54,376 nt of DNA, from the IMG/VR virus record IMGVR_UViG_3300032295_003395; one strand, written 5' to 3'. Under the pieces are notes generated by a model. It had not been told where the DNA came from, made no database searches, and saw only the letters and a program-made list of their open reading frames with translations. The translations under genes and the position numbers were made by a program. Positions 29,355 to 39,309 of the stretch are shown in pieces; positions within the stretch are counted from its first letter, which is position 1, and each line of letters begins with the position of its first letter. Origin of the DNA: an uncultured virus (IMG/VR IMGVR_UViG_3300032295_003395) (lineage: Duplodnaviria > Heunggongvirae > Uroviricota > Caudoviricetes).

Positions 29355-31991
29355 ATGGCAAAAAAGGAAGACATACAATCAAAGAATTTACAAGAAAATA
29401 ATAAAATTCTTTCTGAACAAATAAGTTTAGCTGCTGAATTGCGTGACAAATTTAGAGATGTGTATTCTACTATAAAAGAAAAAACAACTTTAGATAAAAT
29501 TTCTAATGATGTTTTAAATCAAGCCCTTAAAATTACACAAAACCTAAAATCAGAATTTGAATCTGTTAAAGATGTTCAAAAAGATATAGCCAAAGCTAAT
29601 AAAGCTCAAAACGATGTTCAAAAACAAATTTTAGCTGTTACCGAAAGAGGAGGTAAAAGTTTAGAAAAAGAACTTGATATTCTTAAAAAACGTGAAGCTA
29701 GTTTAGGAAGAGCAGAAAATAAAGTAAAAGATGCTGAAAAAGCTGTTAGGGAAGGAGTAAAAGGAGCCCAAGAACAATTAGCATTAGCTAATGAAAATCT
29801 AGAAAAAAAGAGAGCTATGTATGATTCAGTTGTAGAAACTATGAGTGCTGAAGCTGAAACGGTTTTATATTTAGAAGAACAAAACCAACAATTAGCAAAA
29901 ACCTTAGGATACCTAAAAGAACAAGAACAACGCCAAAAAAATCTAGAAAACTCTGAAAGGGGAATGGTTAAGTTAATGGGTAATTTAGGAAAAATATTTG
30001 ATAAAATAGGTGCTAGTGGAGTAGCTAAAGTCTTTACAGATGCTAGTGAAAGAGCAAAGAAATTAATATTTGAAGCATCTGAAGGGGGTAAAAAATCTGT
30101 AGGTGCTTTTACAAAAATGAGAATAGCGGCTACTTCTTTTGGTGCTGCTTTAAAAGTAGCATTAGGTCCTATGGCTTTAATAGGAATGCTAATCTCAGGA
30201 TTCCAAAAATTTAAAGAAAGAGCCAAAGAAGCACGTGATCTATTAGCATCAATTAGTCAAGAAACTATGGACTTCGGTAGAAGTTTAGGAATGTCTTCGT
30301 CAATGGCTAATAAAGTAGCAGGTTCTGCTAGAGCTATTGGTAGTGCTATGGGTATGACTCGTGAACAATCAGTAGCATCTGCAGAAGCAATATATAGTGA
30401 AATTGGTGGTGTTGAAAAACTTAGTAACAGCACTATGAAAACCTTTATGAAATTAAATGTTCATGGAGGTATTACAGCTGAAACTTTAGGCCGAATGCAC
30501 CAAATGTCTAAATTAACAGGTGCAGAAGCAGGAACAGTAGCAAAAAACATAGCAAATACTGCTCAGGAATCCATCAAATCCATGAAAGTTAATGTTAGTA
30601 TGAAACAAGTAATGGAGGGTGTTTCTAAAGTTTCAAACCGAATGTTATTATCAGCTGGAGGATATTCCAAAGCTATTACAACATCCGTTGTCCAAGCTAA
30701 AAAATTAGGTTTAGAAATGGAACAAGTTGAAAGTATAGCAAATAGTTTATTAAATATTGAAGATTCAATAGCTGCTGAAATGGAAGCAGAATTATTAACT
30801 GGTAAAGAGTTAAATCTTGAAAAAGCAAGAGAAGCTGCATTAAATGGTGATAATGCTAAATTAATGGAAGCTTTAGCAGAACAAGGTATTACAGCTGCTG
30901 ATTATGGTAATATGAACCGTATTCAACAAGAAGCTTTAGCTAAATCATTGGGAATGAGTAGTGAAGAAATGGCCAAAATGCTTGTTACCCAAAAACAAAA
31001 CGAAGCATCCAACCAAGACTTATTAGATACTCAAAACAAAGGTATAGATGCTATGACTACTATGGCTTCAGTAGCAGAGAGTTTGAAAAATATGGAAGAA
31101 GCAAGGGTATTAGCCGCTGCTAATGGTGCCGGTGAAATGACTAAATTTGAGAAAGCTATGATTAGATTGCAAACAGCTGCTCAACCTCTTATTGATATGA
31201 TTTTTATTCCTATGTTAAACTTGATGACTATGGTTGTAGATAAAGCAGCCAGTTTGATAGAAAACTTTACTAAAGCAAGACAAGAAGGAATGGGTATTTT
31301 TGATGCCCTAGGAAAAGTATGGTCTCAAGCTGATATGGTAGGAAAAGTAATGATGGGAATTGCTGCTACTGTAGCAGGAATTAGAGCAGCCCAAATTGCC
31401 ATTAGTATAGCAATGAAAGCACAGAAAGCCACATTAGCTGTAATTAAAGGAATTCAAACAGCAATTAAAATTGCTCAAGGAATTCAATTAGGATACCAAG
31501 CAGCAATGGGTGGTATGGAACAAAAAAGAGCATTATTGGAAAAACAAGGATTAATGAGATCTGTAGGTATGGCTGTTATGAAGGTAATTGGCTCATTAGC
31601 TTCCATCCCAGTTGCAGGTTGGGCTTTAGGTTTAGCAGCTGCAGGAGTTGTTGCTGGTTTAGCAGCCAAATATATGAATGATGGTGTTATATCTCCTAAA
31701 ACAGGAGGTGGCGGATATGGTGATAGAGTATTATATGGTCCTGAAGGCGCAATTTCATTTAATAATAAAGATACAATCGTAGCCGGAACAAACCTATTTG
31801 GAAATGATGTAGCATCAGGTCCGGATGCAGGTCAAGCAGCTGGTGGTGGTATGAATAGTGGAGCTGCAGTAGCAGAATTACAAAGAGTATCAGCATTATT
31901 ACAACAAATCCTAGCAAAAGAAGGTGCAGTAATGATTGATGGTAATAAAGTAGGAACTACATTAGCATTATCTAATTACAAACAACAATAA
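29355..31991 (+). CDS. Tape measure protein
   Basis: 878 aa, helical and Ala/Met-rich with hydrophobic Gly/Ala segments; IEDSIAAEMEAELLTGKELNLEKAREAAL; IDGNKVG C-terminus; gene position. Confidence 0.85.
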   Translation: MAKKEDIQSKNLQENNKILSEQISLAAELRDKFRDVYSTIKEKTTLDKISNDVLNQALKITQNLKSEFESVKDVQKDIAKANKAQNDVQKQILAVTERGGKSLEKELDILKKREASLGRAENKVKDAEKAVREGVKGAQEQLALANENLEKKRAMYDSVVETMSAEAETVLYLEEQNQQLAKTLGYLKEQEQRQKNLENSERGMVKLMGNLGKIFDKIGASGVAKVFTDASERAKKLIFEASEGGKKSVGAFTKMRIAATSFGAALKVALGPMALIGMLISGFQKFKERAKEARDLLASISQETMDFGRSLGMSSSMANKVAGSARAIGSAMGMTREQSVASAEAIYSEIGGVEKLSNSTMKTFMKLNVHGGITAETLGRMHQMSKLTGAEAGTVAKNIANTAQESIKSMKVNVSMKQVMEGVSKVSNRMLLSAGGYSKAITTSVVQAKKLGLEMEQVESIANSLLNIEDSIAAEMEAELLTGKELNLEKAREAALNGDNAKLMEALAEQGITAADYGNMNRIQQEALAKSLGMSSEEMAKMLVTQKQNEASNQDLLDTQNKGIDAMTTMASVAESLKNMEEARVLAAANGAGEMTKFEKAMIRLQTAAQPLIDMIFIPMLNLMTMVVDKAASLIENFTKARQEGMGIFDALGKVWSQADMVGKVMMGIAATVAGIRAAQIAISIAMKAQKATLAVIKGIQTAIKIAQGIQLGYQAAMGGMEQKRALLEKQGLMRSVGMAVMKVIGSLASIPVAGWALGLAAAGVVAGLAAKYMNDGVISPKTGGGGYGDRVLYGPEGAISFNNKDTIVAGTNLFGNDVASGPDAGQAAGGGMNSGAAVAELQRVSALLQQILAKEGAVMIDGNKVGTTLALSNYKQQ

Positions 31992-32004
31992 ATTAAAACT
32001 TTTA

Positions 32005-32014
32005 ATATTTATAA
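32005..32014 (+). promoter_or_regulatory. Putative late promoter core ATATTTATAA
   Basis: Intergenic, before ATG 32026. Confidence 0.6.
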
Positions 32015-32025
32015 ATAAAAAAACA

Positions 32026-32193
32026 ATGGGAATCTTAAATTTATTATCGAAAAATTTGTTGAGTTTAGGTGGTTTAACTCCAAAAATTGAAAATCAACAA
32101 CAATCAAGATTAGAAAAACAATTTGCTAAACAATCTAGATTGGATTTAGACGGAAAAACTCCTGAAAAATACGTTAACAATCAACCTAAATAA
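32026..32193 (+). CDS. Small 55-aa protein missing from the ORF track
   Basis: MGILNLLSKNLLSLGGLTPKIEN...LDLDGKTPEKYVNNQPK; fills the gap after a late motif and has an A-rich leader. Confidence 0.7.
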   Translation: MGILNLLSKNLLSLGGLTPKIENQQQSRLEKQFAKQSRLDLDGKTPEKYVNNQPK

Positions 32194-32203
32194 TTAATTA
32201 ATT

Positions 32204-33538
32204 ATGGGTTTAGTTACATTACTTACAGAACCAGATTCCTTTAAATTTTATAAAGGTAAGGGCTATACTTATGGTCCTCGGGAAGTTTCTTGGAACGCTG
32301 GTACTCCTGATAATAATGGAGTTATGGGTAATGGAGCTAGAACTAAACCTTTAGTAACCACTCCTCTTCCTTCATTAGATACTGCTCAAACACCTCAAAC
32401 GTTAATTGATAGTTTGTATAGAGGACAAGGAGTATTAACTCGTTCAACTCTTCAAGATACTGAACGAATTAGTAAATTTTTAATATCTGAACAAGGTTTA
32501 CAATTTATTGCTAAGGAACAAGCATTACTTCTTACTCAAAATATTAGACAGTATGGTAGTGATATTCGTAAATATCAATTTATTAATCCTGCTTCATACG
32601 TTGAAAATACAGTATTAGCCCCAACAGGTGTAAATGTTAAAAATACTTTTACATTTGGTTTAAATCCAACTTTTACACGTGAAAGTACTTACGGTGAAAT
32701 GCCAACGTATAAAACAAAAAGAGATCGTATAGCAGCACAAGCTGTGAGAAGTAGAGGATTAGTTGATACAATAACTACAAGTCCACTATATCAAAGTCAA
32801 GATGGTCCTAATCAAAAGTATTTAAATGATACTGTTCCCTTTTATATCCAAAAAATCAACAATGATGGATCAGGTAATAACACTTATATCCACTTCAGAG
32901 CCTATTTAACAGGATTATCAGATAATTATGGTGCTGACTGGAAAGGAACCTCATATATGGGTAGAGGAGAACAATTCTTTAGTTATAATGGATTTAGTAG
33001 AGACATGGGATTTAGTTTCCAAGTACCTGTATTATCCCGAGCAGAACAATCCTCAGTATATAGTAAATTAAATTATTTGGCCTCATTAATGGCTCCTGAT
33101 TATACTGAAGGAGGATTCATGCGTGGTAATTTAGTTAAAATTACAATAGGAGATTATATTATTGATCTCCCAGGGATAATAAAAGATATTGGATTTGACT
33201 TTGATGATGAAGGTGGATGGGATATAGCAAGAAATAACTTGGGACTCCCAGAAGAAAATGCGTATGTTATGCCCAAGTTAATTAATGTTAAAAGTATTAA
33301 ATTTACTCCAATTCATAACTTTATTCCACAAACAGTTAGTGAGAAATTTGTTCTATCAGGAAGTGGAACAAATGTTAATGCTCCGTTTATATCATTTGGT
33401 AAAACAGGAGATCCAAATAATAATGCTGGGGGGTATTATAACTATACTCAACCTAGACCACTCCAACCAGGTGAATCAGGACCATTAACTGAAGAAGAAT
33501 CTCAAGCTGACACAGCATTTGTATTTCCTTATGCTTAA
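32204..33538 (+). CDS. Baseplate/tail-tube initiator-like protein
   Basis: FRAYLTGLSDNY...YMGRGEQFFSYNGFSR..FSF tube-like domain, after the tape measure and before the LysM gene. Confidence 0.6.
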   Translation: MGLVTLLTEPDSFKFYKGKGYTYGPREVSWNAGTPDNNGVMGNGARTKPLVTTPLPSLDTAQTPQTLIDSLYRGQGVLTRSTLQDTERISKFLISEQGLQFIAKEQALLLTQNIRQYGSDIRKYQFINPASYVENTVLAPTGVNVKNTFTFGLNPTFTRESTYGEMPTYKTKRDRIAAQAVRSRGLVDTITTSPLYQSQDGPNQKYLNDTVPFYIQKINNDGSGNNTYIHFRAYLTGLSDNYGADWKGTSYMGRGEQFFSYNGFSRDMGFSFQVPVLSRAEQSSVYSKLNYLASLMAPDYTEGGFMRGNLVKITIGDYIIDLPGIIKDIGFDFDDEGGWDIARNNLGLPEENAYVMPKLINVKSIKFTPIHNFIPQTVSEKFVLSGSGTNVNAPFISFGKTGDPNNNAGGYYNYTQPRPLQPGESGPLTEEESQADTAFVFPYA

Positions 33539-33547
33539 TAAAAAAAT

Positions 33548-33871
33548 ATGAATAGTAGATATACAAACGTTCCTCTAATCCCTTTTTCAGAAGCTGAAGG
33601 TAATAAAATCCTTCCAATCCAGAAAAGCACTAGATATCCGGAATTGCCTAAGGATGTTAATGATACTTATGCTATTACTACTATTGGTGATAGATTAGAT
33701 TTATTAGCCCAATTATTTTATGGTGATGTTAATCTTTGGTGGATTATTGCTTCAGGTAACCCAGATATTATTCCTCAAAATTCTTTATTTATTCCTGTTG
33801 GAGTTGAAATAAGAATTCCGTATAATGTATCACTTGCAAAAAGTCTTTTTAATACATTAAATAGAATATAA
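33548..33871 (+). CDS. LysM-like baseplate wedge protein (gp53/tail X-like)
   Basis: GDRLDLLAQLFYGDVNLWWIIASGN...GVEIRIP. Confidence 0.85.
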   Translation: MNSRYTNVPLIPFSEAEGNKILPIQKSTRYPELPKDVNDTYAITTIGDRLDLLAQLFYGDVNLWWIIASGNPDIIPQNSLFIPVGVEIRIPYNVSLAKSLFNTLNRI

Positions 33872-33872
33872 T

Positions 33873-36815
33873 ATGCCAAAAAATGGAAACATTACAGGTC
33901 AAGTTTTTGATGAAGATGTTATTAAACAAATAGAAGCTAGACAAAATTTCTTAGGAGCACGTTATAGAACAGATGCTAACCTCATTTATAGTAATAATAA
34001 TAGTGCTTTTTTAAGATTAGCATCTTCTATTAATGTAGGTACAAGTGCATCTCCTATTGATATTCAAGTTTCAGGAAGTACAATTAATGATACTGCTGCT
34101 CAAGAAAAAGCAAAAAGTGATTTATTATCTCAAGGAAAAAACCAATTAAGAGAAAGAGAAATTAACCAAAATCTTACAGGAATGGAATTAGCTAAATCCT
34201 GTGTTTTATTTGGTGGCACAGTAGGAATTGATAATAATCTAAGTCCAAACATAAAATTTGGTATTGTAGATAATGGTGGTAGTGGAACTTACGATTATAT
34301 AAGTACAATTGCTGCTTATGGATGGGGAGGTATTTCTTCAAAAGGTTTTGTTCCTATGCCAAGTATTGAATCAGCTGATATAAGCTTTTTCAATAGAGGA
34401 GCATTACAAAAAGCTAGTGTAAAAATTAAAGTTTATTCTCTAGAACAACTCCAAATATTTGATGTATTGTATTTCCGAATTGGTTATACGATGCTTTTAG
34501 AATGGGGACATAACATTTGGTTAGATAATAATTTAGAAAATAATCCAAACCCTATTAATGAACGTAGAGAATTCACCACAGATCCTTTTAAATTATTTTT
34601 TACTGAAGGATCTAGTCAACAAGATATTATAAAATCAATTCACGATCAAAGAAGAAAAGAGAATTATAATTATGATGCTATGTTAGGTAAAGTAACTAAT
34701 TTTACCTGGAAGTTTAATGATGATGGTTCTTATGATATTGATTTAAAATTAATTGGTTTGGGAGATATAATTGAATCTCTTAAAGTTAATAAAGCTAATA
34801 TTGTTACAGGAAAGAACGAACTTACTCCTTCTCAACAAGCTGAAAAAAAGCAAGCCAATTTAGATAATGCTTTTAAAGCAGCAGATGCTGCTGATGCTAA
34901 AGCTGATGAAGAAAAAGCAAAAGCAGAAAAAGCTTTACAAGAAAAAGTAGATAGAATAAACAAAGAATTAGAAGTTTTAGTAAAACAATATAGACAAGCA
35001 GCAAAAGCAATTCCAATCTATACTTGGGTAGATTCCGCAGCCGCCTCAGCAATTAAAAATTTTAAACAATTCGCTTCAAATTTTAATGTTACTGTTGCCA
35101 CTGATGATTCATCTAATAGACAAGCTCATGATACAGTTAATAATGAATTTACTAACACATATAATGCAGGATCAGAGATTATTAGTGATGAAGGTCAAAC
35201 GGATTACAATCAATATTATAAACCAAAATTTGATAGTCTTAGAACAACATTAACATCAATTCGAAGTAAAATATCCCAAATCACCAAATCAGATACTAAA
35301 TCTATTAAAAATGCAGAAGCAGAAGCCGAACGAATTAAAAAGGAAAATGAAGCAAAACGTAGAGGTTTAGACGCAGCTGCTCAAAAAATAAAAAAAGATG
35401 AAGAAATTCGTCAATTATCCCCTGTCACTTCAGTTGAAACAAAAAATAAAACAGCTTTAAATTTAAGATTATATAATTGGAGACTTGATGCACAAAATGG
35501 TACAGACAAAGAAAATTTATTTAAATTATTATTAACTGCAAACTCTGCAAACCCATCATCAACAGGAGCATCAACTTTAAGTTTAAATTTTTATTATGTA
35601 AGATTAGGATATTTGTTAAAATGGATTCAAAATAATCTTTTAGTATATGACCCAACAAAAGCATATATTCCTGAGGATTACGAAAAAAATATTAATATAG
35701 CTCCTCCTTTAGGAAACCCTATGTTTAAAATAGACACAGATCCTGAAACTAATTTATGTCTCCGTTACCCAGCACAATTTTCAGCAGATCCTAAAGTTTG
35801 TGTAATTCCTAGTCAATATGAAGATGAAACTGTTAATTGGAATATTTTACCTGAATTAAAAGGATATATAGTTAATGATAATCCTTATGTAGGAAGATTA
35901 ATGAATATATTTGTTAATATAGATCATGTAGCCGGTTGTTTAGATAAAAATACAGATGTAAATGGGAAAACTAATTTATTAAAATTTCTAACATCTCTTT
36001 TTGATGATATAAATGATGCCCTAGGTAACGTTAATAAATTAGAACCAGTTTTCGATTCAGAAACCAATCAATTAAAAATCATTGAAGGCAGTAGTTTAGA
36101 AAATGTTGATGAATTAATTGCTGATAGAGAAAAAAAAGATAATAACATGGCGGTGTTCCAAGTATATGGTATTGGAACAAATAATGCACCACTTGGTAGT
36201 TTTATAACTAATGTTGATTTCCAAGTAGAATTACCTCCAAACATGGCCGCTATGGCAACCATTTCTGCTCAAGCTAGAGGTAATATTGTTGGTGAAAATG
36301 CTACCGGTTTATCTAAATTAAATAAAGGATTTACAGATCGATTAATTACTTTAAAATTAGATAGAGATAGTATTGAAGGAACTCAAACCGGAAAAGCAGA
36401 TCCTAAAGAAATTTTTAAAACAAATGTTCAATCTATAAGTAAATTTGTTAACTCACTGTATAAAGATAAATTTTATTCTAAAGATACAGTTGATTCAACT
36501 CGTTCTTCTAACAGAGATGTTGCTTTATATTTAACTGGTAATGCTGCTTTAGATGACGAAATGCCGCCTCCATTCTTTATTCCTTTTAATCTTTCACTAT
36601 CAATGACTGGACTTGCTGGGATGAGAAATTATGAACGTTTTTCAATCACAGAAAAAATATTACCATATAGTTATAAATCAGGGGACCAAAAAGGAGTAAT
36701 TGACTTTTTAATTAAAGGTATTTCTCATTCTATTAAAGACAATAAATGGGAAACTAAAATAGAAAGTTTAACAGTAGGTTCAAATAGAAAGTGGAAACTT
36801 AAAGACCAACAATAA
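33873..36815 (+). CDS. Large baseplate hub-like protein with coiled-coil insertion
   Basis: 980 aa; PMPSI, GYTMLLEWG, GKVTNFTW...DGSYD and ISHSIKDNKWETKI motifs; follows the LysM gene. Confidence 0.6.
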   Translation: MPKNGNITGQVFDEDVIKQIEARQNFLGARYRTDANLIYSNNNSAFLRLASSINVGTSASPIDIQVSGSTINDTAAQEKAKSDLLSQGKNQLREREINQNLTGMELAKSCVLFGGTVGIDNNLSPNIKFGIVDNGGSGTYDYISTIAAYGWGGISSKGFVPMPSIESADISFFNRGALQKASVKIKVYSLEQLQIFDVLYFRIGYTMLLEWGHNIWLDNNLENNPNPINERREFTTDPFKLFFTEGSSQQDIIKSIHDQRRKENYNYDAMLGKVTNFTWKFNDDGSYDIDLKLIGLGDIIESLKVNKANIVTGKNELTPSQQAEKKQANLDNAFKAADAADAKADEEKAKAEKALQEKVDRINKELEVLVKQYRQAAKAIPIYTWVDSAAASAIKNFKQFASNFNVTVATDDSSNRQAHDTVNNEFTNTYNAGSEIISDEGQTDYNQYYKPKFDSLRTTLTSIRSKISQITKSDTKSIKNAEAEAERIKKENEAKRRGLDAAAQKIKKDEEIRQLSPVTSVETKNKTALNLRLYNWRLDAQNGTDKENLFKLLLTANSANPSSTGASTLSLNFYYVRLGYLLKWIQNNLLVYDPTKAYIPEDYEKNINIAPPLGNPMFKIDTDPETNLCLRYPAQFSADPKVCVIPSQYEDETVNWNILPELKGYIVNDNPYVGRLMNIFVNIDHVAGCLDKNTDVNGKTNLLKFLTSLFDDINDALGNVNKLEPVFDSETNQLKIIEGSSLENVDELIADREKKDNNMAVFQVYGIGTNNAPLGSFITNVDFQVELPPNMAAMATISAQARGNIVGENATGLSKLNKGFTDRLITLKLDRDSIEGTQTGKADPKEIFKTNVQSISKFVNSLYKDKFYSKDTVDSTRSSNRDVALYLTGNAALDDEMPPPFFIPFNLSLSMTGLAGMRNYERFSITEKILPYSYKSGDQKGVIDFLIKGISHSIKDNKWETKIESLTVGSNRKWKLKDQQ

Positions 36816-37507
36816 TGCCTTATTATCCAAAGACCAAAATACAGACTGATTTGTTTGCCAATGGAGAATTGGTTAGAGCATCGGATTTAACTCCGTATGT
36901 TGGTCCTTACTATAAATTATCTACGGGGCAGAAATATGTAGGTATAAATCCCCAATCTAATAGATATCCTGAAGAATTAATAAATCCTATAGAGTTAGGT
37001 ACAACTTTAGAACAACAAGGACTCTTTACTCAGCTACAAACTTCATTTGTTACTACTTCTTCTATAAACACATATGTACAAAATTTAGAATTACCCCCAA
37101 CAAATCAAAGAGTACCTGTTCCTTATTATCCTCAACCAACTAGTCAAAGTTACCAAATAGGGTATTTTGATAGATACTTTGCAAAACAAGTTAATGCTTC
37201 TAATTTTATTGAGGTTGATAAATCAACTTTTGAAAATTTAGCAAAACATAACAGTGAATATCTTTGGCAATTATATAATGTCACTTCTATACCTTGGCAA
37301 ATTTCTGGAAATGTAGAAAATATATATAAAACTAATAGAAATTTAGTTAGATTATCTGAAAAAAATGGTTTTGATGGTTTATCACTTTATTTAAAAGGAA
37401 ATTATATTAAATTTTATCAAGGTCCTGATAAAAATAAAGACATAAGTTCTCTTATTAACGATAATCATTCTGGTTTAGAAACACGTAGACTTGGAGACAT
37501 GAGATAA
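36815..37507 (+). CDS. Hypothetical tail/baseplate-associated protein
   Basis: 230 aa, TAATG-coupled to the hub gene; YYP and GYFDRYFAK motifs. Confidence 0.55.
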   Translation: MPYYPKTKIQTDLFANGELVRASDLTPYVGPYYKLSTGQKYVGINPQSNRYPEELINPIELGTTLEQQGLFTQLQTSFVTTSSINTYVQNLELPPTNQRVPVPYYPQPTSQSYQIGYFDRYFAKQVNASNFIEVDKSTFENLAKHNSEYLWQLYNVTSIPWQISGNVENIYKTNRNLVRLSEKNGFDGLSLYLKGNYIKFYQGPDKNKDISSLINDNHSGLETRRLGDMR

Positions 37508-37521
37508 TTATATTATATTCA
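37490..37521 (+). promoter_or_regulatory. CTTGG-N19-TATATTCA promoter
   Basis: Upstream of the polymerase ATG 37539. Confidence 0.7.
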
Positions 37522-37538
37522 TGTAAAATAGGTTCTAA

Positions 37539-38819
37539 ATGTTTTGGTTAATAGAGACTCAAGATCAAATTGAATATTTGATCAATAAAAAATACAAGGA
37601 AGCATTCATTGAGATTATTCCTTATCATGATAAAATACATCCCGCGCTTAATGGTGTGTCTCTAGTGTATTTTAGACCGTCTATAGAACAAAAAGGATTC
37701 ATGTTGTGCGCAGATCATAGTGAATCAATGAGTGTTGATATAACACATGTACATCAATTACTTTCCGAAATAGAAACAATATGGGTGAGAGACAAGAAAC
37801 AAGCATTATATCATTTCCAGATTAAAAGCCTGCTCGACCTAAACATTCTCAATCCTCCGTATATACAAGATCAAACATCAACACACACATATTTTCAAAA
37901 CAAATATCCGGACAATCCAAAAATAAATAAAGTAATACCGATAGTTAAACATTATGAGTATTGCGAGAATATTTATAACAAAGTAAAACAGCATTTTACT
38001 AAGGATTTACCCGCGTATTTTGATTTTTACAACAACAAAACAACCCTCGCATTCTTTGGAATCGAAAAAAATGGAATAAACATAGATGAAACAGTTTTTA
38101 AACAACATTTTGCTCAAGTTAACCCTTTGTACTCTGTTCGGGATAACAAAATATTCACAAGTTATAACTTATTTACAACTACACGTAGACCAAGTAACAC
38201 TTTTAATGGCCTTAATTTTGCCGCACTAAATAAAGAAAGCGGCGCTCGTAAAAGCTTTATACCAACAGGGAAATTCGTTGAATACGATATTAGTGCATAT
38301 CATCCTAACCTTGCTGCCCGTTTGGTTTCCTTTGATTTTGATGGACAGGATGTTCACCAAGTATTCGCAGACATGTATGGGACGAGCTACAAAGAAGCTA
38401 AAGAACTTACGTTTAAGCAACTATACGGAGGCGTATTTAAAGAGTATGAGCACCTTGAATTTTTTCAACAAGTAAAAAAGTTTATTGATGAAAAATGGGC
38501 TGAATATACGGATTTAGGTGAAGTTGTAGTTCCGGGGTCTGGGTATGTGTTTAAAGCAAGTGAGCTGGAGAACATGAATCCACAAAAGTTATTTAATTAT
38601 ATTTTACAAAACTTGGAAACGGCAACAAACGTTTGTATCTTGATGGCGTTACATAAATTGTTAAGAGGTAAAAACACTAAATTGGTATTATATACTTATG
38701 ACAGTTTTTTACTGGATTATGACGAAAGTGAAAATTTATTAGATGACATAGAAAATATATTTAAAAACAAAAATTTACAAATAAAGGTCAAGCATGGAAG
38801 CAGTTACGATTTTGAATAA
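37539..38819 (+). CDS. Short, atypical family A DNA polymerase
   Basis: IEKNGI, TTTRRPSN, motif A EYDISAYH, motif B AKELTFKQLYG, NYILQ, motif C LYTYDS. Confidence 0.85.
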   Translation: MFWLIETQDQIEYLINKKYKEAFIEIIPYHDKIHPALNGVSLVYFRPSIEQKGFMLCADHSESMSVDITHVHQLLSEIETIWVRDKKQALYHFQIKSLLDLNILNPPYIQDQTSTHTYFQNKYPDNPKINKVIPIVKHYEYCENIYNKVKQHFTKDLPAYFDFYNNKTTLAFFGIEKNGINIDETVFKQHFAQVNPLYSVRDNKIFTSYNLFTTTRRPSNTFNGLNFAALNKESGARKSFIPTGKFVEYDISAYHPNLAARLVSFDFDGQDVHQVFADMYGTSYKEAKELTFKQLYGGVFKEYEHLEFFQQVKKFIDEKWAEYTDLGEVVVPGSGYVFKASELENMNPQKLFNYILQNLETATNVCILMALHKLLRGKNTKLVLYTYDSFLLDYDESENLLDDIENIFKNKNLQIKVKHGSSYDFE

Positions 38820-39252
38820 TCCATATGATATTTATTGGGAGAAAACTCAATTAAATTCCAAAGATTTGAACAACAAGTTATTTTGCACATTCGTTACTGA
38901 AGATGTCTTAGATGATATGGTCAGTAGCATATCTGGTGCATATTCGATAATGTATAACAAAATGTTCGTGTTGTTTGTTAAAAGCACGAATGAATATGTT
39001 ATTACATATAACGTAGATCAAGGGAATGTAAATAACATCCCAACGAACACTATTCTAGTACATAGAAAGAAAGAAACCAACACTTTATATACAATTAATG
39101 CACTAAACGATTTGATTAAAAAATTAAATGGTGGAGTAGTTGATATTGCCTTCAGAGTAAATTGGCAACACTATCAGAATTGTATTCTCCTAACCCAAAA
39201 CGGGGACCTCAAACAACTTAATACAAAAGTTTACAAAATTGTAGAACTATAA
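38794..39252 (+). CDS. Hypothetical protein in replication module (start uncertain, possibly TTG 38866)
   Basis: KLFCTF and LVHRKKETNTLYTINALN blocks; between polymerase and SSB. Confidence 0.65.
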   Translation: MEAVTILNNPYDIYWEKTQLNSKDLNNKLFCTFVTEDVLDDMVSSISGAYSIMYNKMFVLFVKSTNEYVITYNVDQGNVNNIPTNTILVHRKKETNTLYTINALNDLIKKLNGGVVDIAFRVNWQHYQNCILLTQNGDLKQLNTKVYKIVEL

Positions 39253-39284
39253 TTTGGCTTTTTGCTAAATGGTTATTATATTCA
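39253..39284 (+). promoter_or_regulatory. TTTGG-N19-TATATTCA promoter
   Basis: Upstream of SSB ATG 39310. Confidence 0.75.
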
Positions 39285-39309
39285 CGTTACAAACAAAAAT
39301 TGATTAGTT

